From NCBI GenBank assembly GCA_009927005.1, contig RFNV01000176.1, positions 1 through 56,777 on the forward strand: a stretch of DNA of 56,777 bases, read 5' to 3'. This document shows positions 18,400 through 29,244 of the stretch, piece by piece. The notes beneath the pieces are model-generated. The model did no database searches, was not told where the DNA came from, and was given only the letters and a program-made list of their open reading frames with translations. Each line of letters opens with the position of its first letter. Position 1 is the first letter of the stretch. The translations under genes were made by a program, and so were the position numbers. This DNA is from Pseudomonadota bacterium. Its GTDB lineage: Bacteria; Bdellovibrionota; FAC87; UBA2466.

Positions 18400-19699
18400 A
18401 CAAGTTTGCGCTCACCTTATTCGAGGTACTATTTGGAACTGCAACAGCTCTCCTTTTTCAGACCCAGACTTTGAAGAAATATCCGATGGGGCTCTAGCAA
18501 TTGATTCTCAAGGGAGGATTCTGGGACTAGGGACCGCCAGTTCACTGAAGCGCTTATTCAAGCCAAAAAACGAAACGCACTTTAAGGACAGTGTATTATT
18601 GCCTGGCTTTATCGACACCCACATTCACTTTCCCCAAATGAATCAAATTGGTTGTCATGGGGAGTCTCTCCTAGGATGGCTTGAGAAATATATCTACCCC
18701 GAAGAGATTCGCATGAGCCACCCCCAGCAAGCCCAGCGTTTCTCCTCTCTCTTTTTTGACGAATTACTTCAGAACGGAACCACCACGAGTCTTATTTTGA
18801 GCAGCTCTGATGCCAGTTCAACTGACATTTTGTTTAACAGTGCCAAAGATTCAGGCGCGCGCGCAATCATTGGAAAAGTCAGCATGGATCGCTTGGCTCC
18901 CAAAGAACTGATCCGCTCAGTTTCACAGGACAAGGACCATTCCGAGCGGTTAATTTCCAAATGGCACGGTAAAGAAGGCCGTCTTTTTTATGCTCTCACG
19001 CCTCGTTTTTCCCCGGCGTGTAGTAATGCCATGTTAAGAATGTTGGGAGAACTTGCCCAGAAATACTCTGGAGTTAGGATCCAAACTCATTTTTCGGAAA
19101 ACCTAGATGAAATCAAACTTGTGAAAAAGCTTTTTCCAAAAGCTAAGGACTATCTGCACACTTATGAGGATTTTGGTTTGTTAAATGAGCGGACAGTTCT
19201 TGCTCATTGCATACACGCAAGCGCCTCTGAAATAAATCGAATGGCAAAGCTCAAAGTGAATGTCTCTCACTGCCCCACTTCTAATTTGTTTTTAGGAAGC
19301 GGCCTTTTTCCCATGGATGCCTACAGCAGAAAAGAAATCACCACAAGCGTGGGAACGGACATTGGCGCTGGCACCAGCTTTTCAATCTGGACTACTCTTG
19401 GAGCTGCTTACAAAATTCAACGACTCAGACATCAAGATGTTTCAACTGCCCAGCTTTTTTATTTAGCGACCCTCGGTGGAGCTAAAGCTTTGGGATTAGA
19501 GAATGAAGTCGGAAATTTTGAAGTGGGAAAAAAAGCGGATATCCAGGTCATTAACTGGAAAAAGAAAAGTATCCTAAAAGCCCGGATGGAAAATAGCCAA
19601 ACAGCTTTAGATCGATTTTTCTCCTGCCTTTTTCATTTTGAAAAAGATCTTATCGAGGCTGTTTTCGTGGATGGAAAGCCAGTCTTCGCTCGACAGTAA
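18383..19699 (+). CDS. guaD: Guanine deaminase
   Basis: PGFIDTHIHFPQ, YALTPRF, QTHFSEN, HCPTSNLFLGSG and GTDIGAGTSFS motifs; start ATG 18383. Confidence 0.95.
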   Translation: MKPVTKQVCAHLIRGTIWNCNSSPFSDPDFEEISDGALAIDSQGRILGLGTASSLKRLFKPKNETHFKDSVLLPGFIDTHIHFPQMNQIGCHGESLLGWLEKYIYPEEIRMSHPQQAQRFSSLFFDELLQNGTTTSLILSSSDASSTDILFNSAKDSGARAIIGKVSMDRLAPKELIRSVSQDKDHSERLISKWHGKEGRLFYALTPRFSPACSNAMLRMLGELAQKYSGVRIQTHFSENLDEIKLVKKLFPKAKDYLHTYEDFGLLNERTVLAHCIHASASEINRMAKLKVNVSHCPTSNLFLGSGLFPMDAYSRKEITTSVGTDIGAGTSFSIWTTLGAAYKIQRLRHQDVSTAQLFYLATLGGAKALGLENEVGNFEVGKKADIQVINWKKKSILKARMENSQTALDRFFSCLFHFEKDLIEAVFVDGKPVFARQ

Positions 19700-19728
19700 A
19701 AAACCTTCTCGGTTATAATAAAACGCTC

Positions 19729-20484
19729 ATGAAATACATTTTCGGTAATCCCGGACTCAAAGAATTAGAGTCTTTTTGCGGCGACAACACGCTTCTTGCT
19801 TTTGATTTTGATGGGACCCTATCCAAACTGACGGCTCGACCTCAAAACGCTCAAGTTTCAGCTGGCACTGAAATGCTTCTACACGAAATCTCCCCCCTTG
19901 CTTTTACTGCGATCATTTCTGGTAGAGGGATCAAAGACTTAAAAAAACTTGTTCCATTCAAGCCTAATTTCTTAATCGGTAATCATGGTCTTGAGTCGCC
20001 AACGGTTTCATCAACCGTTGGTAGCATTGCAAAGAAAACAACTTCTCATTGGACGAAACAGATTTTAGCGGAGTTGGAGTTGGGTCGTGGAGTTCAATTG
20101 GAAGACAAAGCGTATTCGCTATCGCTCCATTATCGTCTTGCTTCAAAACGAACGCTGAAAAGAAATCAATTGGTGAAGCTTGCTGAACAACTTTCTCCTA
20201 GCCCCCGCATTGTTCTCGGAAAGTATGTCGTAAACCTGATTCCACCGGGTTCTCCAGATAAGGGAGTAGCTCTTTTAGATCTGATGAAACATGCAAAATT
20301 TGATTCGGCGATTTATGTCGGAGATGATCTCACTGATGAGGATGTGTTTTCTCTTTCCAATCCCAAAATCCTCGGAGTCAGAGTAGGCAAATTTCAAAAA
20401 AGTGCTGCTGATTATTACATAAAAACCCAACCAGAAATTAATCGATTGCTCAGTCACATTCTTTTCTTCCTGAAAAATCACTAA
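19729..20484 (+). CDS. otsB: Trehalose-6-phosphate phosphatase (HAD)
   Basis: FDFDGTL, ISGR, GNHGLE, LHYR, DKG and YVGDDLTDEDVF motifs. Confidence 0.9.
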   Translation: MKYIFGNPGLKELESFCGDNTLLAFDFDGTLSKLTARPQNAQVSAGTEMLLHEISPLAFTAIISGRGIKDLKKLVPFKPNFLIGNHGLESPTVSSTVGSIAKKTTSHWTKQILAELELGRGVQLEDKAYSLSLHYRLASKRTLKRNQLVKLAEQLSPSPRIVLGKYVVNLIPPGSPDKGVALLDLMKHAKFDSAIYVGDDLTDEDVFSLSNPKILGVRVGKFQKSAADYYIKTQPEINRLLSHILFFLKNH

Positions 20485-20565
20485 AATCGGCTTGACCCGG
20501 CGCTCTCATTTTTTGAGCGAAAAACTCCGAAGAATTAAATAGGTCTCCATTTTCTTATATTTCCC

Positions 20566-20991
20566 ATGATTTCAAATTTTAAATGGCTAGCGCTCAGCGC
20601 CTATTGGGCTTTTCTCACCCGGAGTCTACTCATTACTTGTCCCTGGGAACTTTTCTCGAAGTCCTTAGCTGAAACTCCACCTATTGATTTGTCCTTCGAA
20701 CCGATTTCTTGGCTAGCTCATCTCTCGGCCTACGCCGTTTTGGGATATCTTATTCAGGAAGCGAGCCTTGGTAGGAAAAGAACAATGATGACTCTGTTTG
20801 TCTTAGCCTTTTGCCATTCCATTGCCTGTGAATTTCTCCAGCACTTGATTCCGGGGCGATGGCCCAATGTCTGGGATGCAGTCTCAAATAGTATCGGCCT
20901 TATGTTGGCTTTTGTTCTTCATAGAGCTCTAAAGCAGATTCGGACTCGGGTTTTTCCTTGTAAAACTTTTCCAGAAAAGCTGGCAGCATAA
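20566..20991 (+). CDS. VanZ-family membrane protein
   Basis: AHLSAYAVLG...EFLQHLIPGR...DAVSNSIG; 3' end overlaps the convergent MMPL gene by 92 bp. Confidence 0.8.
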   Translation: MISNFKWLALSAYWAFLTRSLLITCPWELFSKSLAETPPIDLSFEPISWLAHLSAYAVLGYLIQEASLGRKRTMMTLFVLAFCHSIACEFLQHLIPGRWPNVWDAVSNSIGLMLAFVLHRALKQIRTRVFPCKTFPEKLAA

Positions 20992-23269
20992 ATAATCCTA
21001 CCCACCAAATCGCTAAAGTAGCTAGAAGAGCTATCCAACCTAAACTCTTCAACACCCCTGCCCTTGCTCCAATAAGAACTCCAAACCCTACTCCCGCAGT
21101 CATCAGCGCTAAGTTGATACTCGTTGCCAGGTCGCGAGCGGCTTTAAAACCAGACCCACACTCACGAGCTCGATGCACTATATGAATCGGAACGTCGATT
21201 CCCATCGCAACAAAAGTAGGAATGATACAAATATTAAAAATATTAAACTTCACTCCAAATACCACCATGAGGCCCATACCCAATGGCAATGCAATCAAAA
21301 GAGGCAGATAGCTCAAAAGCGTATCATTTACTTTTCGTACGTTGATCCAAATAAACAAACCAACGCAGAGGAAAATAGCAATGAGGATTTTTGTTCCATC
21401 CTTACCTATCAAATCCAAAATATCTGAAAAAATAACAGCATCTGATCCTGTCAATACATTGGGAAACGTTTCCTCGATTGACCGGATCATCGCTGCATAT
21501 TTTTTAACCCCACTGAGTTCGCTCAAGCTAACAGCGGGATAAATATAAATTAAAAAGCCACCCTTTTGAGTGCCCCTAAGCGCATCCTGAATGTGCTTTG
21601 GTAGCTCATCAAAAGTAAAGGGAACCGCATTCACCCAATCCCGCACCACATTGGCTGGCACATCCAAAGCTTGCTCAATCCACTTATCTTTGAACGGCTT
21701 GATTTTTTCTTTAATTCTTAAAAGAATTTTCTGCTTTTCCTTTTGATCCTCGGGAACAATGCTAGCCGCACTAATCATCTCACTGACTAATCCAGGCATG
21801 TACTCATCTTTAATTACTTTCTCAATTTTCAAAGCTTCGTCTCGATCCGACACAGAAATAGCGGAAGGAGTACTGGAACGATCGTAAATAGCATCCACCA
21901 AATCACTCAGCGCTTCCATCTTTGCTGAATGCTGCATCATTTTGTCAAAGTCATATTCAAATTGGACCTTCAACCCAACCAAGATCAACAAAACAGTAAC
22001 AATCGTGCCCGCCAGAAATCCTTTTGGAAGTGTTAACACTGGGAGCTTTGGGTGCCATGGGATTAAACTCTTTCGGTGAGCCGCAACATCCATTTTGAAG
22101 AATTTCGAGAGGGCAGAAAAAGTAGAGAGTAAGCAAACAAGCACAGCACTGATCCCTACTCCGCAAATAAATCCAAATTCAGAAAAGGCACGAAACGTAC
22201 TAAAACACAAAAGGAAAAATGATACCGAAGCAGCAAGTGCCCCAACGAAAACGGAGTGCCCGCTGCTCGCAAGCACACGCCAAACCGGATCAGGATCTTC
22301 ACTGGAGGGCTCTTCTTTCTCAAGTCTTAGTCTCAACACTAAGTGAATGCCGTAATCCACTCCAAGCCCCGATACAATTCCCATCAAAAATCCAGTAATA
22401 ATATTGATGTGGCCAATTACAAGTCGGGTGATTCCCAGAGTAATTCCCATCCCCATCAAAACCGGAATAAAAATAATTAATAGGGCTCGGAAGCTTCTTA
22501 AATACGCGTAGATAATGAAGGCAATGAGGAGAATTGCACTGGTTCCCAAAAGAAAAATATCCGACTGGATCATCTCAGTTTCGATAATCTTTGTGTAATA
22601 GCGCTCGGCAAATTCATAGGAAACCTGCGAAGGGAGTGACGTTTTGAGAACTTCTTGGGCTACTGCTACGAGTTGCTTAGTTTTTCCCAAATCCATACTG
22701 TCGAAGCTGGGTTTCACCATCACTAAGAGATCTTTTTGATCTTTAGAAATGAGGTATTGCGAAATATTTGCAGATTTTTTGGCCAGCTTTTTCAAATCCC
22801 CGTCAAAAATGGATTTATCTTCTGGCTTTGTAGTTTCCTCTTCATCCCAGAGCCCCAAATCAAAAGTCGTTCTCTTCATTCGGGTAATTTCTTTTTCAAT
22901 GTTCTGTTCGAGGTCTCTCAGTTTGGGAAGATCAATGTAGTAAAGGAGTCGATCCACAAAGAACCGTTGTTCTCGGTGATAAAAAACACTTCTTACTAAA
23001 TCAGATTTGGAGAGTGCTTCGGTAATCTTGGGGGCAGCTTCTAAGTGAGACTTTCCATCTTCTGCATGGAGAACGACTGCAAAATAGCCCACCCCCCCAA
23101 CAACTTCGGTTAGTTTTTCAAACTTAACAACCGCCGGATGATTTTCGGGAAGAAGATCGGTAAGAGAAAGTTTCAGCTGAACGCCAGAGCCCAAGTAGTA
23201 ACCAATGCCTGAGATAAGGCCTAAAATGAGTGTCAGCGCTAAAGAACCCTGAATAAAGAATTTTTTCAT
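20900..23269 (-). CDS. MMPL/RND-family transporter
   Basis: Two-repeat TM architecture, GLGVDYGIH and AMGIDVPIH motifs. Confidence 0.9.
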   Translation of the reverse strand: MKKFFIQGSLALTLILGLISGIGYYLGSGVQLKLSLTDLLPENHPAVVKFEKLTEVVGGVGYFAVVLHAEDGKSHLEAAPKITEALSKSDLVRSVFYHREQRFFVDRLLYYIDLPKLRDLEQNIEKEITRMKRTTFDLGLWDEEETTKPEDKSIFDGDLKKLAKKSANISQYLISKDQKDLLVMVKPSFDSMDLGKTKQLVAVAQEVLKTSLPSQVSYEFAERYYTKIIETEMIQSDIFLLGTSAILLIAFIIYAYLRSFRALLIIFIPVLMGMGITLGITRLVIGHINIITGFLMGIVSGLGVDYGIHLVLRLRLEKEEPSSEDPDPVWRVLASSGHSVFVGALAASVSFFLLCFSTFRAFSEFGFICGVGISAVLVCLLSTFSALSKFFKMDVAAHRKSLIPWHPKLPVLTLPKGFLAGTIVTVLLILVGLKVQFEYDFDKMMQHSAKMEALSDLVDAIYDRSSTPSAISVSDRDEALKIEKVIKDEYMPGLVSEMISAASIVPEDQKEKQKILLRIKEKIKPFKDKWIEQALDVPANVVRDWVNAVPFTFDELPKHIQDALRGTQKGGFLIYIYPAVSLSELSGVKKYAAMIRSIEETFPNVLTGSDAVIFSDILDLIGKDGTKILIAIFLCVGLFIWINVRKVNDTLLSYLPLLIALPLGMGLMVVFGVKFNIFNICIIPTFVAMGIDVPIHIVHRARECGSGFKAARDLATSINLALMTAGVGFGVLIGARAGVLKSLGWIALLATLAIWWVGLFMLPAFLEKFYKEKPESESALELYEEQKPT

Positions 23270-23300
23270 TGGAAGATTTTAGAAGGTGGGGCCTGAGGCG

Positions 23301-24173
23301 TCAAACATCGTTTGGATGTTTTAGGCCCAAAATCCATCCTTCTCTGAACGCGTTAGGTTCTTTCGCAAAGCTCGCGGAGGGGACCCACAACTGCCTCTTT
23401 CCCTGAAGAAAAACCCCACCAAAGGCGAGTACGAAGCTATCAGCCATATCTGGGGACCTTTCTATGTGCCTCCAAGTATCAATTTCGAATTGAGGAATGG
23501 CCTTCTTACACAATCCGCGTAATTTTTTTAAGTCCCGCGAGGGCGATTGAAGGCACTGCTTCCAAATGAGACTTGGATACCCCTCAAAAATCCAAGCTTC
23601 CTCTGTGTGCCTACCCTTTTGTTCAAAGGGCCAAATTTTTACCCAAGGCTTCCCCACAGAGCCGAGATCTTTCCAAATACGAAATGTTCCTGTCTGGATA
23701 TTTTTCTGATAAGGCCGAGTTTGAAAAACCGAGTTGGAGCCAGACACTTCCTCACAAAATCGCCTTGGAAAATCTCCTTTTTTTTGAGGCAACCAGTGGG
23801 AAAAAAACGTTTCGGCAACTGATCTTCCAAATTCCTTTCCGCCATTCGAAAACCCCGCCGCCATTCCAAAACACTCCCAAAGGTACGGCTTACCTTTTGG
23901 TAGTCCCACTGAAACCTGCCGGGGCAGTCCCAAAACACAATCCAAAATAAAAGCGGTTTTCTTCCAATTTAAATCGAGTTGAAGCTGCTCAAAACACTCC
24001 CGAACCACCTCTGGCTGGAATCGGCTAAGTTGGAGCGGTTTACCACTAATTTCGGTGATGAATCGCCAAGTGCCAGTCCTTTGTTTAATAGCAATACACG
24101 TAGGCAGTGGCTTTGCCTTTTTGCCATCGGCAGTGACCGCACCGGTTTGGTCAATTCCAATAAAGATTTCCAT
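23301..24173 (-). CDS. Predicted RNase H-like nuclease (DUF429-like)
   Basis: IGIDQTG, LDCVLGLP, FEGYPS and DMADS acidic motifs; start placed at ATG 24173. Confidence 0.6.
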   Translation of the reverse strand: MEIFIGIDQTGAVTADGKKAKPLPTCIAIKQRTGTWRFITEISGKPLQLSRFQPEVVRECFEQLQLDLNWKKTAFILDCVLGLPRQVSVGLPKGKPYLWECFGMAAGFSNGGKEFGRSVAETFFSHWLPQKKGDFPRRFCEEVSGSNSVFQTRPYQKNIQTGTFRIWKDLGSVGKPWVKIWPFEQKGRHTEEAWIFEGYPSLIWKQCLQSPSRDLKKLRGLCKKAIPQFEIDTWRHIERSPDMADSFVLAFGGVFLQGKRQLWVPSASFAKEPNAFREGWILGLKHPNDV

Positions 24174-24284
24174 AAGAAACCACTTACTTTTAGAACCCCG
24201 CAAAAGTAAAGCCGTACCTTTTGGTAGTTGGTCTTAATTTTGCTTTGATAGAGACTTGAATAAACTGCTTTGGGGACAACAGTG

Positions 24285-25004
24285 ATGAATTCTGTAAGTC
24301 TACTCTCATTGATTGGCTTGGGGCTTCTGGTCGCCCTACCCGCTTTTGCCGAAACTCACGATTCTTTCTCGCCTTCAAAAAACCGACCTATTCAGAGCAA
24401 ATCTACTCAGGCTCAGAGCAATTATTTCAAAGGGCGTTGGAATGATGGAAAGTTTGAGTATCTCGACTCACAAGATGATTGGATTAAAGCCAAAGCTGCT
24501 TACCGAACAACCGATTCGGGAACTTTTTTAGATATTGATGGAAATACGGTCGAATACCAAAAGGGAGATGTCCTTTTTAAAGGCATAGATGATGGCTGGT
24601 ACAAAGCACGTAAAGAAACCCCGGTTATATCGGAAGAAGATCCCGCAGTTCCTAATCCTCAAAACACCGAATTATCTGAGACGGAAAAACTAGTTATCAA
24701 ATACACCAATGAAGAGCGTATGAAGAGAGGCCTTCCTGCTCTAAAAGTTTCGTCCAATCTCTTGAATTTAAGCCGACAAAAATCCACGAATATGGCTCGC
24801 TCCCAAAACTTGAGTCATGGAGTGTCCCCTCGCCCTGCTGGAGGAGAAAACATTGCTTGGAATCAGGCCAATGCCCGAGAAGTGGTACGATCTTGGATGA
24901 ACTCAGATGGGCACCGGGCCAATATCCTCAGCCGTCGATATTCCGCAATTGGAGTGGGAATGGCAGTGGGCAATGGGCCTTACTGGACTCAAATGTTTCA
25001 ATAA
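24285..25004 (+). CDS. CAP (SCP/PR-1) domain secreted protein
   Basis: Signal peptide; TNEERMKRGLPAL, GENIA, WMNSDGHRANIL, IGVG and YWTQMF motifs. Confidence 0.92.
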   Translation: MNSVSLLSLIGLGLLVALPAFAETHDSFSPSKNRPIQSKSTQAQSNYFKGRWNDGKFEYLDSQDDWIKAKAAYRTTDSGTFLDIDGNTVEYQKGDVLFKGIDDGWYKARKETPVISEEDPAVPNPQNTELSETEKLVIKYTNEERMKRGLPALKVSSNLLNLSRQKSTNMARSQNLSHGVSPRPAGGENIAWNQANAREVVRSWMNSDGHRANILSRRYSAIGVGMAVGNGPYWTQMFQ

Positions 25005-27340
25005 TCACTTTGAGTCGGTGAAAGCAGTGCTTGAATATTTCCATGAAGGGATTCCGGCCCCACTGGAACGAACTCAAATTCTTTTCCACTCCATTCAAGA
25101 AATTCTCCAGACTGAACATCGTAAATCCAGCAATGAACTTTTACTTGTCCCTCACTGATCTTCCTTCGCACAATCGGATAACTTAAGATATTTCTCGCTT
25201 GCTCAACCACGTGTACTTTTGCAAAATCCTCTGGGTCGTGGATGTGTGGGTGTTTGGCTCTCTCAACACCAATCGGTTCAACCCATTTAGCCACGCTAGG
25301 AAATTCTTTTGGATCGATTCCCTGAAAAACTCCTTTAAGTGCTCCGCAACGAGTATGACCACAGATAATGATTTCTTCGACTCCCAGAGCACCCAATGCA
25401 AATTCAACGGCAGCTCCTTCAGCAGGGGTATCATCAGTACCCATCGGAGGAATTATGTTTCCGACATTTCTCACAATAAATAACTCCCCAGGTTCACTCG
25501 AAGTAATCAAAGTGGGATTAATTCGACTATCGCTGCAAGTAATAAAAAGAGTGTGGGGTTTTTGAGCTTTTCCGAGTTGGTCAAAGAGCTCCTCATAAGC
25601 TTTTTTCCTCTCTCTTCGATACCTCTCAACTCCAAAAAGCAGCCGTTCCCGGGGGTCATAAACTTTTTCGTTTAATAAGGCTTCCGCTATTTCAGATTCA
25701 GAAGTGACATGGCAATCAGTGCTGAGATCATCAGAATCATCTCGTTTTAAAACATCTCTGCTTTCTCGGTTAAGTGACTTCAGCACGACCCGAATATTTT
25801 TTTCCTTCATCTCTTTGATAAACTCAAGCATCATTGAGGCACCCGAACTATCCAAAAGCTTTACATCACCTAAGTCCAACACAACTGCTTTTATATAAGG
25901 TAAGCGCCCCACTCGCTTGGCTAGCAAGTCAAAGTTTCTGGAAGAAAGAAAAGTGATATTCCCCCCCATCGACACGCGAATGATTTCCTGGTTGTCAGTA
26001 GAATGAAAAAACAATCTTGTTTGCCCCAAATTCCACAACGCAATAAGAAGAGCTGCAAAAATCCCCATCTGCACTCCCGCCATCAAATCAACCGCCACAA
26101 CGGTGGCTAAGGTGATCCAGTACACAATCGTTTCGACTGGAGAGGTCCGCCAAATTTTTACCACTTCTTTGGGATTAATTAGGTTGATTGCAATCGATAG
26201 CAAAACGCCGGACAGCGCGGCCACAGGAATTTGACTTAAAAGAGACCGGCCAAAAACCAAAACCAATAAAACAAACAGGCCGTGAAATAAAGCCGAACGC
26301 CGGGTTCGTGCGCCAGCTTTTATGTTAAGCACCGAGCGAGCCAGTACGCCTGTTATCGGAATTCCCGAAAAACAAGATGCAAAAATATTTCCCAGGCCCT
26401 GCCCAATTAATTCCTGATCGGAATCGTGTCTTTCACCTGGAATCAATTTATCAACAGCAACTGATGATAGGCGAGACTCCAAAGAAGCTAAAGCAAATAG
26501 GAGGATGCTCATCTCAAAAAGCTCAAATCCTCCGCGGACGGGAAAGCTGGGCAACTTGGGCCAAGCAAAGCCCGCCGCAAAATCTCCCACGCGAGGAACA
26601 TCCCAATCAGCGAAAACGGCGAGAAGAGTAGGCACTAAAACCGCAAATAACGAACTCGGAATCCTGGGATTAAGGCGAGATACAGTTTGGGCAATTATCA
26701 TCGCAAAAGCGGCTAGAAATAGCACGCGCGGCTGGCTTTCGTGTAAAAGACTTCCCATGTGGGTAATAATTGAAAGCACATCCCCCTCTGGAGACACCGG
26801 AAGCCCCAGAGCCCTTGGTAGCTGCCCCACTAAAATAATCACTCCCAATCCCGCGGTAAACCCAGCGACCAGAGGAATGGGAAGATAACGAACAAACCGT
26901 CCAAAGCCTAACCCGCCAATGACTAATTGAATTGCCCCACAACAAAGACCAACAAAAAACAATCCCTCTAATCCCGCTTTTTGGACAATCAAAGCAATCA
27001 GAACCAACATTGAGTTGGCCGGACCACTGACTGCTAATCTTGCGCCTCCGAAAAGGGCACAAAGACATCCGCCGATCACGGCACTAATCAGCCCCATTCC
27101 CGGATCAACTTGCGCACCTAAAGCGATGGCCAGAGAAAGGGGAATTGCAGCACCACTTACCATGAGACTCGCCCACAAATCCCGCGACAAATCTTTAACT
27201 GTAAAAAGTGCCCGCCATTCAGGGATTAAAGTACTTACTCCTAAACCCCATTTAATTTGCCCACTACGAGCCCGGCCCCGTAAATGTATTTTTAAAGCAG
27301 TAAATAAGCGAAGAAGTGAGTTTTGTGATTTTTTTGTCAT
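24998..27340 (-). CDS. SulP-family anion transporter fused to STAS and beta-carbonic anhydrase
   Basis: SulP motifs (VSGPA, DSDQELIGQGLGN, GARTR), STAS DLGDVKLLDSSG, beta-CA CSDSR, RNVGN and HTRCG. Start uncertain (27340 or 27358). Confidence 0.93.
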   Translation of the reverse strand: MTKKSQNSLLRLFTALKIHLRGRARSGQIKWGLGVSTLIPEWRALFTVKDLSRDLWASLMVSGAAIPLSLAIALGAQVDPGMGLISAVIGGCLCALFGGARLAVSGPANSMLVLIALIVQKAGLEGLFFVGLCCGAIQLVIGGLGFGRFVRYLPIPLVAGFTAGLGVIILVGQLPRALGLPVSPEGDVLSIITHMGSLLHESQPRVLFLAAFAMIIAQTVSRLNPRIPSSLFAVLVPTLLAVFADWDVPRVGDFAAGFAWPKLPSFPVRGGFELFEMSILLFALASLESRLSSVAVDKLIPGERHDSDQELIGQGLGNIFASCFSGIPITGVLARSVLNIKAGARTRRSALFHGLFVLLVLVFGRSLLSQIPVAALSGVLLSIAINLINPKEVVKIWRTSPVETIVYWITLATVVAVDLMAGVQMGIFAALLIALWNLGQTRLFFHSTDNQEIIRVSMGGNITFLSSRNFDLLAKRVGRLPYIKAVVLDLGDVKLLDSSGASMMLEFIKEMKEKNIRVVLKSLNRESRDVLKRDDSDDLSTDCHVTSESEIAEALLNEKVYDPRERLLFGVERYRRERKKAYEELFDQLGKAQKPHTLFITCSDSRINPTLITSSEPGELFIVRNVGNIIPPMGTDDTPAEGAAVEFALGALGVEEIIICGHTRCGALKGVFQGIDPKEFPSVAKWVEPIGVERAKHPHIHDPEDFAKVHVVEQARNILSYPIVRRKISEGQVKVHCWIYDVQSGEFLEWSGKEFEFVPVGPESLHGNIQALLSPTQSDY

Positions 27341-27413
27341 AGAAGGCCCCTCAACCAAGTGAAACGTAACACAGTTTACATGCTGCTAAAAGCAGGTAAA
27401 CTCCCCCAAAAAT

Positions 27414-29030
27414 ATGAAACCTTTTACGTATCAACCTTTGTTTGAATCCCATTCCGACCAAACCCAGTATCGCAAGCTTTCGTTACCAGCCCCTAAAGTC
27501 GAAAAGCTTGACGGCCAGAGTTTTTTTAAGGTCGATCCGGAGAGTTTAGTCGCTCTGTGTGAAACTGCTTTTGATGATGTTTCACACTTGCTTCGCCCGA
27601 CTCACTTAGAAAAATTAGCCTTTATTTTAAAAGACCCCGAAAGCAGCAGTAATGACCGCTTTGTAGCAAGAGAACTTCTGAAAAATGCTGTGATAGCCGC
27701 TGAAAGAGTTTTTCCCTCCTGCCAAGATACTGGAACGGCTTTAGTGATGGGGAAAAAGGGGGACCATGTCCTAACTGGCGTAGACGATGCTGAATGGTTA
27801 AGTCGTGGGATATTTCAAATTTATCAAAAAAGAAATCTGCGCTATTCCCAATTGGCCCCCCTCAGCATGTACGAAGAAAAAAATACAGGCACCAATCTTC
27901 CGGCACAGATAGAAATCTACGCGGTTCCGGGAGAGGCGTATGAATTTTTGTTTATTGCAAAAGGTGGCGGAAGCGCGAACAAGAGCTATCTTTTCCAAAA
28001 AACCAAATCGGTTCTCAATCCGGAATCAATGGAAGCCTTTGTAAAAGAAACCCTTTCTCAACTAGGAACAGCGGCTTGTCCGCCTTATCATTTGGCTTTT
28101 GTGGTTGGTGGCACCTCAGCTGAAATGACATTGAAAACGGTGAAACTGGCCAGTTGCGGCTACTACGATGATCTTCCAACCACGGGAAACTCTGCTGGAA
28201 GGGCTTACCGCGACCTAGAGATGGAAAAACTCATTGAGCATTGGGCACGGGAAACAAAAATTGGCGCTCAGTTTGGTGGGAAATATTTCGTTCATGACGT
28301 ACGAGTCATTCGCCTCCCGCGCCATGGAGCCAGCTGCCCGATAGGCATCGGAGTTTCTTGTTCAGCCGACAGACAAATCAAAGCAAAGGTCACTGCTGAG
28401 GGATTCTTTCTAGAACAACTAGAAGAAAACCCAGCTCGGTTTCTCCCAGCCTCAACTCCTGAAAATGACAAGGGGTTAGCCTTGGATCTCAATCGGCCGA
28501 TGAAAGAAATTTTAGCTGAACTCCACAAGCTTCCCGTTTCAACTCGGGTGATGCTCAATGGACCGCTGATCGTTGCAAGAGACATTGCCCATGCAAAAGT
28601 GTTGGAGCGAATTAAGCAGGGAAAAGGCATTCCAGAATATTTCAAACAGTACCCAGTATATTACGCCGGCCCAGCTAAAACTCCGGAAGGCCACCCCTCT
28701 GGAAGCTTTGGCCCGACAACTTCGCAACGAATGGATCCTTACGTGCCTCTCTTCCAAAAAGAGGGCGGCTCCCTCGTGATGTTGGGTAAAGGAAATCGCA
28801 CCAAGGAAGTGACTGATAGCTGCAAACAGTATGGTGGCTTTTATTTGGGCTCTATTGGGGGCCCAGCAGCTCGCTTGGGAAAAGACTGTATTACCAAAGT
28901 AGAAGTGCTCGAGTACCCAGAGCTCGGCATGGAAGCCATTTGGAAAATCGAAGTAAAAGACTTCCCTGCTTTTATCATTGTCGATGATAAGGGAAATGAC
29001 TTCTTCGGAGGCCGAGGCGGAGAAGAGTAA
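27414..29030 (+). CDS. fumA: Fumarate hydratase class I (Fe-S)
   Basis: [31 protein letters not shown] and GPTTSQRMD motifs. Confidence 0.95.
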   Translation: MKPFTYQPLFESHSDQTQYRKLSLPAPKVEKLDGQSFFKVDPESLVALCETAFDDVSHLLRPTHLEKLAFILKDPESSSNDRFVARELLKNAVIAAERVFPSCQDTGTALVMGKKGDHVLTGVDDAEWLSRGIFQIYQKRNLRYSQLAPLSMYEEKNTGTNLPAQIEIYAVPGEAYEFLFIAKGGGSANKSYLFQKTKSVLNPESMEAFVKETLSQLGTAACPPYHLAFVVGGTSAEMTLKTVKLASCGYYDDLPTTGNSAGRAYRDLEMEKLIEHWARETKIGAQFGGKYFVHDVRVIRLPRHGASCPIGIGVSCSADRQIKAKVTAEGFFLEQLEENPARFLPASTPENDKGLALDLNRPMKEILAELHKLPVSTRVMLNGPLIVARDIAHAKVLERIKQGKGIPEYFKQYPVYYAGPAKTPEGHPSGSFGPTTSQRMDPYVPLFQKEGGSLVMLGKGNRTKEVTDSCKQYGGFYLGSIGGPAARLGKDCITKVEVLEYPELGMEAIWKIEVKDFPAFIIVDDKGNDFFGGRGGEE

Positions 29031-29191
29031 TTTAGTTCTCTTTGTCTTTTTAAGCACTTAGAAAAACGAGCCCCGTATTCTCATTGGGTATACAAACTTT
29101 GTTCATTTTTTTATAAATAATTTCGATTACTTACGATAGACACCTCAAGCACACTCTAAACCTATCCACTTGTGTACGCCTAGGCCCCCCA

Positions 29192-29207
29192 TGGCTCACC
29201 CCTTGCA
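29192..29207 (+). promoter_or_regulatory. Putative sigma-54 (-24/-12) promoter
   Basis: TGGCTCACCCCTTGCA matches TGGC-N7-TTGCA, 37 nt upstream of ATG 29245. Confidence 0.6.
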
Positions 29208-29244
29208 CTTAAGTAAGGGCATAAGCCCCTTTGTGAGGTACATC

